Positions 8,491-16,844 of a stretch of DNA of 50,849 bases are shown here, piece after piece. This DNA comes from an uncultured Planctomycetia bacterium (lineage in GTDB: Bacteria > Omnitrophota > Gorgyraeia > Duberdicusellales > 4484-171). Within the stretch, counting starts at the first letter, position 1; every line of letters begins with the position of its first letter. The stretch spans positions 17,317 through 68,165 of the forward strand of contig CAZWIR010000001.1 in assembly GCA_964634315.1 (NCBI GenBank). Reading direction: 5' to 3'. A program made the position numbers and the translations under genes. The notes under the pieces were generated by a model, which had not been told where the DNA came from, ran no database searches, and worked only from the letters and a program-made list of their open reading frames with translations.

Positions 8491-9415
8491 GAGAGCAAAA
8501 TGTGTAGCAACCGTAGGTGTTTTTAATGGAATCCATCTTGGGCATCAGTTTATACTAAAAAAAGTAAGCAAGGCTGCTCGAAAAAGAGGTTTGCTTTCCT
8601 TGCTAATAACTTTCGATGTCCCACCTCAACAATTTCTAAATAAAAAGAAGCTTTTCCATCATCGTCGACCGGAAAAGGAATTTATCGGTTCTCTGACTAC
8701 AAATGATGAGAAAATTGAACTGGTAAGTTCTCTAGGCATAGATTGTCTTTGGTTTTTAAGAACCAAGAGATCTTTTTTAAAATTATCAGCCCAGAGTTTT
8801 ATAAATTATATACAGAAGTATTTCAATATCGCAAAGCTCATTGTTGGTGAAGACTTTCGTTTTGGGCATAAAGGCGTTGGAGATCTCAATGACTTAAAGA
8901 GGCTTGCCAGTGAGCATAAATTTGACTTGTCAATTATAAGAAAAAAAGCCAAGAATAATAAACTAATCAGTAGCTCTTTGATTAGACAGCTTGTTCAAAA
9001 GGGAAAGTTAAGCCAAGCAAGTCAACTGTTGGGTCGGCGTTTTTCGCTGAAGGCAAGAGTAGTTAAGGGCAGAGGAATAGGTTCAAAGCTTGGTTTTCCT
9101 ACAGCAAATATTTCTGTTTCTGATTATGTTATCCCTGCTTGTGGGGTATATGCAGCCTGTGTAATTTTAGGCAAAAAAACATATCTGTCTGCAGTTAGTA
9201 TTGGAACTCTGCCTACGTTTGGTAAGAACAAAAATTTAGTTGTCGAAGCCCATATTCTAAATTTTAAGAAAAATATTCTTGGTAAATTGATTAAAATAGT
9301 CTTTTTAGAGAGGCTGAGAGCGGAGAAGGAATTTTTATCTTCTAAGGCCTTAGTAAGGGCTATTAGCAAAGATATTAAGCGTATAACCTCAAAATATGGT
9401 GCCTTCCTGACCTAG
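8450..9415 (+). CDS. ribF: Bifunctional riboflavin kinase / FMN adenylyltransferase
   Basis: N-terminal GVFNGIHLGHQ nucleotidyltransferase motif. The C-terminal riboflavin kinase part has GRGIGSKLGFPTANI...VEAHILNF. The start may lie a few codons downstream. Confidence 0.9.
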   Translation: MKLMKVIFNRLPFKRAKCVATVGVFNGIHLGHQFILKKVSKAARKRGLLSLLITFDVPPQQFLNKKKLFHHRRPEKEFIGSLTTNDEKIELVSSLGIDCLWFLRTKRSFLKLSAQSFINYIQKYFNIAKLIVGEDFRFGHKGVGDLNDLKRLASEHKFDLSIIRKKAKNNKLISSSLIRQLVQKGKLSQASQLLGRRFSLKARVVKGRGIGSKLGFPTANISVSDYVIPACGVYAACVILGKKTYLSAVSIGTLPTFGKNKNLVVEAHILNFKKNILGKLIKIVFLERLRAEKEFLSSKALVRAISKDIKRITSKYGAFLT

Positions 9416-9460
9416 CGTCCACAACCCCTTGTGGTGTAAGCATTTATTCAACAAAAACCC

Positions 9461-9489
9461 TTGACAATAGGTGAGATTTGTTCTATATT
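9461..9489 (+). promoter_or_regulatory. Sigma70-type promoter of the dcw cluster (Pmra equivalent)
   Basis: Consensus TTGACA (9461-9466), a 17-nt spacer, then TATATT (9484-9489), 32 nt upstream of the mraZ ATG. Confidence 0.6.
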
Positions 9490-9495
9490 CTTATT

Positions 9496-9525
9496 GTGGA
9501 GTAAAATGGAGTAAAGTGGAATGTG
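9496..9525 (+). promoter_or_regulatory. Putative MraZ operator: three direct repeats at 10-bp phasing
   Basis: GTGGAGTAAA (9496-9505), ATGGAGTAAA (9506-9515) and GTGGAATGTG (9516-9525) lie directly downstream of the -10. The third repeat overlaps the mraZ ATG (9521). Confidence 0.55.
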
Positions 9526-9958
9526 GTACGGAGAATATTTACACACCTTAGACGAGAAGGATAGGTTTATCCTTCCAGCCAAGTTTAGAGAAAAGGTAAA
9601 AACTCTAAAGAAAAGGAAGTTTTTTATCACCCGTGGTCTTGATGGTTGCCTTTTCTTAGTTTCTCAGGAAGCTTGGGAAAAGTTAGAGGATAAGTTAAAG
9701 TCGCTTTCTTTTACTAAGAAACAATCACGTTTTTTTAATCGTCTATATTTTAGCGGAGCTTCAGAAATTGATATCGATATTCAGGGGCGGATAACTCTTC
9801 CGGAATATTTAAAGGAATTTGCTCAAATTCAAAGAGAAGTAGTGATTATTGGAGTTTCTGATCGAATTGAGGTTTGGGGGAAAGATCGTTGGGATAAATT
9901 CTATCAGGAGAATAAAAAGAGATTTGAGGAGATGGCCGAGAATCTTTTTGAAGAATAA
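9521..9958 (+). CDS. mraZ: Transcriptional regulator MraZ
   Basis: MWYGEYLHTLDEKDRFILPAKFRE plus a second SpoVT/AbrB-like repeat (DIQGRITLPEYLKEFA). 145 aa. First gene of the dcw cluster. Confidence 0.9.
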   Translation: MWYGEYLHTLDEKDRFILPAKFREKVKTLKKRKFFITRGLDGCLFLVSQEAWEKLEDKLKSLSFTKKQSRFFNRLYFSGASEIDIDIQGRITLPEYLKEFAQIQREVVIIGVSDRIEVWGKDRWDKFYQENKKRFEEMAENLFEE

Positions 9959-10004
9959 AAGGGGTGTTTTTCGTAATAACGATAATGGAAAATAAGGAGG
10001 GCTA

Positions 10005-10193
10005 ATGACTAAAACAATTACTAAGTCCCGAGAAGCTTTTAGGAAAAACAACGAAGACAACCTTTTAGGTTTGTCTATAGTTCGCTTATCAGGATTTCGT
10101 ATTTGCCAGCTTCTTAGAAAGAAATCCTTTAAAAATTCATTATCTGAGCGAAAAACATTAAGAGAGTTATTTTATTCTAAGGAAAAAAAATGA
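10005..10193 (+). CDS. Small basic hypothetical protein (62 aa) between mraZ and rsmH
   Basis: Strong SD AAGGAGG (9994-10000) lies 4 nt before the ATG. The stop overlaps the rsmH ATG (ATGA, 10190-10193). No recognisable family. Confidence 0.4.
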   Translation: MTKTITKSREAFRKNNEDNLLGLSIVRLSGFRICQLLRKKSFKNSLSERKTLRELFYSKEKK

Positions 10194-11113
10194 TAATTTC
10201 CGAAATCCCTCGTGAAATTATGAAGAATGCTTATCATTATCCTGTTATGTATCGGGAAGTTTTAGAACTCTTAGATGTTGAGAAAAGAAAGGTGGTAGTC
10301 GACTGCACTGCCGGTGTCGGGTCTCATTCATATAAGCTATTGGAAGCTATGGATAAAGAGGGTTTCCTTATTGGTGTTGACCGGGACTGGAGTTCCTTGA
10401 ATGTTGCTAAGGCTAGATTGGAGCCGTTTAGTGGAAGGTTTTCTTTAGTTAGAGATAATTTTGCTAATCTTGATAAAATCTTAAGCGACTTAAGTATAGA
10501 AGGCGTAGATGCGTTTTTGTTTGATTTAGGTATTTCTACTTACCAGTTAAGTGATTCTACCCGGGGATTTAGCTTTTTAAAAGAAGGGCCTCTGGACATG
10601 CGTATGGATAAAGATTCTTTTCTTTCAGCCTATGATTTAGTAAATAATTTAAGTGAAACTGAACTAGGGAATATTTTTAAGAAATTTGGCGAAGAACGTT
10701 ACTCTCGCAGAGTAGCTTGCTTTTTAGTAGAGGCACGGAAGAATAAGCCGATTTCTACGACTAGTCAGCTCAGAGACTTGATTACACAAGCAATTCCCGG
10801 TAAAGCTCGCGCGGGAAGAATTCATCCGGCAACACGGATATTTCAGGCTTTACGTATTGCTGTTAACAGAGAGTTAGAGGCTATAGAGACAGCCCTGTCT
10901 TGTGCTGTATCACACTTACGTAGTGGTGGAAGAATAGGAGTTATTTCCTTTCATTCTCTAGAAGATAGGATTGTTAAGCATCTTTACAAAGATTACTCTG
11001 TAAATGGCATATTAAAGATTATTAATAAAAAACCTCTTATTCCTGCAGAGGAGGAAAGAGAAGAGAATCGGCCTTCCCGCTCAGCTAAGTTACGGGTGGC
11101 AGAAAAGATTTAA
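10190..11113 (+). CDS. rsmH: 16S rRNA (cytosine1402-N4)-methyltransferase
   Basis: HYPVMYREVLELL, VDCTAGVGSHS, FDLGISTYQL, SFHSLEDRIVK. The start could instead be ATG 10220. Confidence 0.9.
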   Translation: MIISEIPREIMKNAYHYPVMYREVLELLDVEKRKVVVDCTAGVGSHSYKLLEAMDKEGFLIGVDRDWSSLNVAKARLEPFSGRFSLVRDNFANLDKILSDLSIEGVDAFLFDLGISTYQLSDSTRGFSFLKEGPLDMRMDKDSFLSAYDLVNNLSETELGNIFKKFGEERYSRRVACFLVEARKNKPISTTSQLRDLITQAIPGKARAGRIHPATRIFQALRIAVNRELEAIETALSCAVSHLRSGGRIGVISFHSLEDRIVKHLYKDYSVNGILKIINKKPLIPAEEEREENRPSRSAKLRVAEKI

Positions 11114-11124
11114 TTTTTTGGCCT

Positions 11125-11490
11125 ATGAAGAAAATTTTGCCTTTAATTTTACCTGTTCTTATATTCTTGCCGGTACTTCTGTATTTGCACCAGAAGGTTC
11201 AGCTTTATGTTGAAGCCTATCGCTTGAGTAATTCCTTTAGCTACCATAAGGAACTTATTGATAAGCGTGATTACTTGATGTATAATTTTTCTAAAGAGGC
11301 AACTTTGGCCAAAGTTAATCAATGGGCAAGCCTAAAAGATTTTACACCGGTAGATAAGGGCAGAGTAATGGCATTAAACATAAAAAGACAACCGCAAATT
11401 ATTGGTAACAACAAGATAGCTTTATTTTTTGATCGAGTCTTAAGAGCTTCAACACCTACTTCAACCGCTTTAGCGAAAGATAAAAGGTAA
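11125..11490 (+). CDS. ftsL: FtsL-like bitopic cell division protein
   Basis: 121 aa with an N-terminal TM (ILPLILPVLIFLPVLLYL) and a short periplasmic helical part. The call rests mainly on the conserved position between rsmH and ftsI. Confidence 0.55.
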   Translation: MKKILPLILPVLIFLPVLLYLHQKVQLYVEAYRLSNSFSYHKELIDKRDYLMYNFSKEATLAKVNQWASLKDFTPVDKGRVMALNIKRQPQIIGNNKIALFFDRVLRASTPTSTALAKDKR

Positions 11491-11525
11491 GTAGTTTCTA
11501 AGAATTTACAAATTTTAAGAAAGAA

Positions 11526-13196
11526 GTGAGTAGAAAGTATAGTAAAAGGACAATTAGTGTATACTTATCCTTTGTTATTTTACTTTTTCTTATCTGCACA
11601 AGAATCTTTTATTTACAAGTATTTCGAAGAAACTTTTTTCAAAATCTTGCTCAAGACCAGCGTTATCGACTTATAAATCTTCAAGGCAAAAGAGGTGATA
11701 TTCTAGATCGTCAGAGAAGAATTCTGGCTAAAAGTATTAGTTGTTATTCCGTTTTTGCTGATCCGGCTTTGATTGATAATCCTGAGGCTACTGCCGAAGC
11801 TTTTTCAATAAATTTGGACTTATCTAAGGAGATACTACTTTTTAACTTAAGGAAGAAAAAGAGATTTGTTTGGATTAAGAGAAAGATTTCTTGGGAGGAA
11901 AAAGAGAAAATAAAAGCATTAAAGCTAGATGGCGTAGGCTTTATAAGAGAGGAAAAACGATTTTATCCTCAAGGGAATCTTTCAGCGGCAGTCATTGGTA
12001 TCGCTAATATTGACAACCAAGGTTTAGAGGGGCTAGAGTTAGGCTATAATGATTATCTAAGTGGTAAAGATGGTTGGGTAAGGGTATTAAAGGATTCAGC
12101 TTCTAGGGAAATCATTCTTTCTCCGCAAATAATAACTCCCCAAGAGGGCGCCGACATTATACTAAGTCTAGATGCTCAGATACAATATTGGGTTGAAGAA
12201 TATTTAGAAGGAACTATTAAAAGCTTTAAAGCTGGTTCAGGAAGTGTTGTGGTAATGAATGCGCTAAATGGGGAAGTTTTAGCTTTAGCTAATTATCCTA
12301 GTTTTAATCCTAATGAATTAGGAAAAGTTTTACCTAAGCAAATGCGTAATCGGGCAGTTGCTGATATTTTTGAGCCAGGTTCAGTGTTTAAAGTTGTCAC
12401 TCTTCTGGCTGCAGTTAATGAAGATAAATTTACTGACCAAGATAAATTTTTTTGTGAAAATGGTAAGTTCAAGATTCCCGGCACTATCCTTCATGATTGG
12501 AAATCTTATGGTGAGTTATCGTTTAGAGAAGTTTTTATGAAATCAAGTAACATTGGCGTAGCTAAAATTGCTCAAGCCTTGACCCCTGACGTTTTTTCTA
12601 GCTATCTTAAGAGATTAGAGTTTGGTTGCTTAAGTGGTATTGATTTACCAGCAGAAGCAAAGGGGTTACTTAAGCCAATAGATAAGTGGTCAAGGACTTC
12701 GGCCTTTATTATTCCCATTGGCCAGGAAATAGGGGTAAATCTTTTGCAATTGGCACGTACATTTGCGGTTGTTGCTAATGGAGGTTACTTGGTAACGCCG
12801 CATTTAGTAACTAGTATTTGTTCGCAAGGGTTTTGCGAGAGTGTACCGATTAAGGATAGGAAGAAGATTATTCCAACGTCGGCAGCTGATCGGGCAAAGG
12901 AAATTCTTATTTCGGTAGTCAGTGAGGGCACTGGTAAACGAGCACAAGTAAAAGGGCGTAAAATTGGCGGTAAAACCGGTACTGCTCAAAAATATGATTC
13001 CAAGATCAAGAGATATTCTTTTTCTAAATATCGAGCAACCTTTGTTGGTTTTATTGCTGATTTAAATCCGCCGATAGTCATTGGGGTTACTATAGACGAA
13101 CCTAAGCGATCGCATTTTGGTGGAGTTGTAGCTGCACCGGTTTTTAAAAACATCGCTCAGAAAGTTATTAGCTATATTGAAGGAGCAGGAAATTGA
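11526..13196 (+). CDS. ftsI: Class B penicillin-binding protein (peptidoglycan D,D-transpeptidase FtsI)
   Basis: N-terminal TM and PBP dimerisation region, then SxxK (GSVFKV), SxN (KSSNIG) and KTGT motifs. GTG start. Confidence 0.85.
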   Translation: MSRKYSKRTISVYLSFVILLFLICTRIFYLQVFRRNFFQNLAQDQRYRLINLQGKRGDILDRQRRILAKSISCYSVFADPALIDNPEATAEAFSINLDLSKEILLFNLRKKKRFVWIKRKISWEEKEKIKALKLDGVGFIREEKRFYPQGNLSAAVIGIANIDNQGLEGLELGYNDYLSGKDGWVRVLKDSASREIILSPQIITPQEGADIILSLDAQIQYWVEEYLEGTIKSFKAGSGSVVVMNALNGEVLALANYPSFNPNELGKVLPKQMRNRAVADIFEPGSVFKVVTLLAAVNEDKFTDQDKFFCENGKFKIPGTILHDWKSYGELSFREVFMKSSNIGVAKIAQALTPDVFSSYLKRLEFGCLSGIDLPAEAKGLLKPIDKWSRTSAFIIPIGQEIGVNLLQLARTFAVVANGGYLVTPHLVTSICSQGFCESVPIKDRKKIIPTSAADRAKEILISVVSEGTGKRAQVKGRKIGGKTGTAQKYDSKIKRYSFSKYRATFVGFIADLNPPIVIGVTIDEPKRSHFGGVVAAPVFKNIAQKVISYIEGAGN

Positions 13197-14386
13197 GGAA
13201 TCTAAAAATTATTGGTATCACCGGTACTAATGGTAAGACTACTACTGCTTTTCTTATTTATCATTTACTTAAAAAATTAGGTCAAAAAGCTTCGTTGATT
13301 GGAACAATAAAATACATTATTGGTTCAAAAGTGCATAAAGCCAGGCTGACTACTCCTAGTTTTATCGATCTTAGAAAAATTTTAAAAAAAATCAAAGATA
13401 CCGACAGTAATTTTGTAGTTATCGAGGTATCATCTCATGGCCTCGTTCAGGGCAGAACTAAAGGTTTGAAGTTTTGCCGCTGCCTGTTTACTAATCTCAG
13501 CCGTGATCACCTTGATTATCACAGAACAATGGAAAGTTATTTTAGTGCCAAGAAAAAGTTATTCTTTCCTCAAAAAGGTGCACTGTCGCTTATAAATATA
13601 GACGATGATTATGGAAAAAAGATATTTAGAGGGTTAAAAAGGGCTTTAAGTTTTTCTATTAAGACTCCAGCTGATTATAGGGCTGAGAATATAGTTTTAG
13701 GGAAAAAAGGTTCATCCTTTGAAATGGTTTCCTCTCGAAAGCAATATCCAGTAAAGACTCATCTTTGCGGAAAATATAATGTTTTAAACATTTTAGGAGC
13801 AGTAGGACTAGTTTCTTCTTTGGGTTTTCCTGTCTCGCAGATAATAAAGGCAGTAAGTAGCTTTAAGCCGCCGAAAGGGAGGCTAGAGTCAGTAGCTTCA
13901 GGTATATTCATTGATTACGCCCATACTCCGGACGCTTTGGCTAAGACTTTAGAGAATCTTCGCGAGTCAGGCTATGAGAAGATTATTTGCCTTTTTGGCT
14001 GCGGAGGAGATAGAGATAAAGGTAAACGTCGGCTTATGGGGAGAATCGCCTCTTTGAAGGCAGATTTTACCTTTATCACTTCCGATAATCCTCGCAGTGA
14101 AGATCCTTTGGCGATTTGTTCTCAGATAGAGAAGGGTTTTAAAAAAAAGAATTATTTAGTTGTTGTAGATAGAGGTAAAGCGATAGAGAAGGGAATAAAG
14201 TTTTTTCTCCAGAATAAGAGGAATAATTCCGCCTATGCTAAAGCTTCGGCGGGTAAATCTTGTCTTTTGATAGCCGGGAAGGGTCATGAAGATTATCAAA
14301 TCATCAAAGGTAAAAGAATATCTTTTAGTGACGAAAGAGTGGTGAGAGAATTTTTCCCACTAAAGGTGGGACAAGTAAAAAGATGA
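13193..14386 (+). CDS. murE: UDP-MurNAc-tripeptide synthetase MurE, meso-DAP type, lacking the N-terminal domain
   Basis: GITGTNGKTTT P-loop at residues 8-17, DYAHTPDAL, GCGGDRDKGKR, the TSDNPRSEDP (DNPR) motif and AGKGHEDYQ. TTG start overlaps the ftsI stop. The frame is closed by TGA at 13178-13180, so no upstream extension is possible. Confidence 0.8.
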   Translation: MRNLKIIGITGTNGKTTTAFLIYHLLKKLGQKASLIGTIKYIIGSKVHKARLTTPSFIDLRKILKKIKDTDSNFVVIEVSSHGLVQGRTKGLKFCRCLFTNLSRDHLDYHRTMESYFSAKKKLFFPQKGALSLINIDDDYGKKIFRGLKRALSFSIKTPADYRAENIVLGKKGSSFEMVSSRKQYPVKTHLCGKYNVLNILGAVGLVSSLGFPVSQIIKAVSSFKPPKGRLESVASGIFIDYAHTPDALAKTLENLRESGYEKIICLFGCGGDRDKGKRRLMGRIASLKADFTFITSDNPRSEDPLAICSQIEKGFKKKNYLVVVDRGKAIEKGIKFFLQNKRNNSAYAKASAGKSCLLIAGKGHEDYQIIKGKRISFSDERVVREFFPLKVGQVKR

Positions 14387-15765
14387 TTATCTCAGATTTT
14401 AAAGTTTTAGAGAGAATTTTAAAACCGGAGAAGATTTATAATCTTTATCACTTTAAGCCTGTAAAAGGTTTTTCTCTTGATTCTCGCTCAATGGCTAGGG
14501 GTGAGGCTTTTGTGGCTATTAAAGGAAAATATCATGATGGTCATTCTTTTATTAAAAAAGCCATCGCTAAAGGGGCTAGCTTTATCGTGGCGGAAAAATA
14601 CATAGCCACTAAACCCAAGGTTCCTTTTTTTATTATTAAGGACAGCTATCAAGCTTTAAAATCAATCGCTACTTATATCCGCAAAAAGAAGAATCCTTTC
14701 GTCTTTGGTATTACTGGTTCTCTGGGTAAGACTACTACTAAAGAGATGTTAAGCTTTCTTCTTCAACCTCACTATAAAGTTTTAAAGAACAAGGGAACAG
14801 AGAATAATCTTCTAGGTCTAGTGAAGACTTGTTTTTTGCTTCGAGATCAAGAAATAATGATTGTGGAATTAGGGACTAACGCTAAAGGAGAGATAGAATC
14901 TTTAGCTGGAATTGCTGTTCCTGATGTAGGAATAATTACTCTGATAAAGCCAGTTCACTTAGAAGGGTTAGGGAGTTTAAGGGAGGTTTTTGATGAGAAG
15001 GTTTCCCTTTTTAAAGCTAATCCTAAGATGAAGGCTATTTTAAACCGAGATGATCCTTATCTAGCTAAGGTACGAAGGCGAGGTAAGATTTACTGGTTTG
15101 GCAGGCGAAGCCGTCCCCTTGGGGCTAAGGCGAGGAATAACCACATCTTTGCTCGCCTAGTAAATAGATGCGGGGGGAATTCTACTTTCCTTATTCAAGA
15201 TAAGTATGAATTATATCTTCCTACTTATTGTGAAGCCTTCATTAGTAATGTTTTAGCGGCTATATCGGCAGCAAAAGTTTTAGGCTTCTCCTTAAGGGAG
15301 TTAGTTGAGAAAATTAGGGATTATAAGAATTTTTTACCTCTAAGAATGCAAATTCAAGAACACAAGGGGTTTTCTATTCTAAATGATGCTTATAATGCTA
15401 ACCCCTATTCTTTGCAGGTAGTTTTTAAAGGTTTAGAGAAGGGGCCTTTAAAGAAAATTGTAGTTATTGGCGATATGCTGGAACTGGGTAAAAAGAGTAG
15501 GCACTATCACGAACTCTTAGCCGGGCAGATTAAAAGAGCTAAGTTTGATTACTGCCTTAGTTTAGGGAAGCATACTCAGTATTTGTTTAAGAAACTTAGA
15601 AGCTCAGGATATAAAAAAGCCTTTCATTTTTTATCGCATAAGGCTATTGCTCAATTCATTAATAAAAGAATTGGCCAGAGTTTGGAGAATAAGAAAAGAT
15701 ATTTGATTTTTCTTAAGGGTTCGCGTAAGATGGAGTTGGAGAAAATAATTAAATACTTGAAATGA
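14383..15765 (+). CDS. murF: UDP-MurNAc-pentapeptide synthetase
   Basis: An N-terminal domain is present (FSLDSRSMARGEAFVAIKGKYHDGHSF). ITGSLGKTTTKEM P-loop and NDAYNANP. ATGA overlap with murE. Confidence 0.85.
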   Translation: MIISDFKVLERILKPEKIYNLYHFKPVKGFSLDSRSMARGEAFVAIKGKYHDGHSFIKKAIAKGASFIVAEKYIATKPKVPFFIIKDSYQALKSIATYIRKKKNPFVFGITGSLGKTTTKEMLSFLLQPHYKVLKNKGTENNLLGLVKTCFLLRDQEIMIVELGTNAKGEIESLAGIAVPDVGIITLIKPVHLEGLGSLREVFDEKVSLFKANPKMKAILNRDDPYLAKVRRRGKIYWFGRRSRPLGAKARNNHIFARLVNRCGGNSTFLIQDKYELYLPTYCEAFISNVLAAISAAKVLGFSLRELVEKIRDYKNFLPLRMQIQEHKGFSILNDAYNANPYSLQVVFKGLEKGPLKKIVVIGDMLELGKKSRHYHELLAGQIKRAKFDYCLSLGKHTQYLFKKLRSSGYKKAFHFLSHKAIAQFINKRIGQSLENKKRYLIFLKGSRKMELEKIIKYLK

Positions 15766-16844
15766 TTTATCACCTTTTTTACCCCTTAACTAAGCACTTT
15801 TTTATCTTTAACCTCACTAAATACATTACTTTTCGTAGTGGTTGTGCCTTTATCACTTCTTTTCTTATTGTAATGTTACTTTGGAAGTACATTATAAAGA
15901 AGCTCAAACGTCTTAAGATAACCGAGAAGGTAGATATGTATGGACATGTTCGTCTAGAGGCTCTTTATGAGGAGAAGAATGGAACTCCTACCATGGGTGG
16001 TATTTTAGTTCTGTTTGCAATTTTCTCAGCCACTCTTATTTGGGCCAGATGGGATAATTATTTTATTTGGCTAGTTTTGGTTGTAACACTTCTTTTAGGT
16101 AGTTTAGGGCTATACGATGACTTTTTAAAGATTAAGCGCGGCAAGGGTCTAAGCCGTAGTAAAAAACTGCTTTGGCAGAGTTTGATTGGAATTTTACTAG
16201 GGGTAGTGGTTGCATTTAGTAAGAATTTTGATACTACATGGAGTTTTCCTTTTTTCAAGAAGTTAATAGTTGATATCGGTTATTTTTATATCTTTTGGGC
16301 TGCACTGATGGTTGTAGCTACTTCTAATGCGGTTAATTTTACCGATGGCCTTGATGGTTTAGCTATTGGTGCCCTAATTAGCAATGCTTTAATCTTCGGT
16401 TTTTTAAGTTATATCGTTGGGCACATGAAGTTTGCTAGTTATCTTCTTATTCCTTATATAAGAGGAACCGGAGAACTTACTATATTTTGTTTTTCTTTAA
16501 TTGGTGCCGGGTTAGCCTTTCTTTGGTATAATTCTTATCCAGCTGAGGTTTTTATGGGAGATGTTGGAGCTTTGGCTTTAGGAGGAGCTATTGGTACAAT
16601 AGCTTTATTAATAAAGCAAGAGTTTCTTCTTTTTATAAGCGGAGGGTTGTTTGTCATTGAGGCCTTAAGTGTTATTTTACAGATGCTATCTGTAAAATTT
16701 AGAGGTAAGAAGTTATTTAAAGCCGCCCCCTTACACCACCACTTTCAGGTAAAGGGCTGGAAAGAGCCCAAAATAATTATTCGTTTTTGGATTGTTTCTA
16801 TTATCTGCGCAGTCTTAAGCCTACTCACCCTTAAGATACGATGA
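15762..16844 (+). CDS. mraY: Phospho-N-acetylmuramoyl-pentapeptide transferase
   Basis: TPTMGGI, NAVNFTDGLDGLA, MGDVGALALGG, APLHHHF. Polytopic membrane protein. Confidence 0.95.
   Translation: MIYHLFYPLTKHFFIFNLTKYITFRSGCAFITSFLIVMLLWKYIIKKLKRLKITEKVDMYGHVRLEALYEEKNGTPTMGGILVLFAIFSATLIWARWDNYFIWLVLVVTLLLGSLGLYDDFLKIKRGKGLSRSKKLLWQSLIGILLGVVVAFSKNFDTTWSFPFFKKLIVDIGYFYIFWAALMVVATSNAVNFTDGLDGLAIGALISNALIFGFLSYIVGHMKFASYLLIPYIRGTGELTIFCFSLIGAGLAFLWYNSYPAEVFMGDVGALALGGAIGTIALLIKQEFLLFISGGLFVIEALSVILQMLSVKFRGKKLFKAAPLHHHFQVKGWKEPKIIIRFWIVSIICAVLSLLTLKIR

Noticed and set aside
9419-9434. Hairpin CCACAA-CCCC-TTGTGG just after the ribF stop, considered as a possible terminator.
   Set aside because: The stem is only 6 bp and no U-run follows. 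It is too weak to call an intrinsic terminator.
14237-14246. The 10-mer GCTAAAGCTT recurs three times (about 281, 14237 and 27918).
   Set aside because: All three copies are in the reading phase GCT-AAA-GCT (Ala-Lys-Ala), which uses preferred codons. The flanks share no similarity. It is most likely a codon-usage coincidence, not a repeat element.
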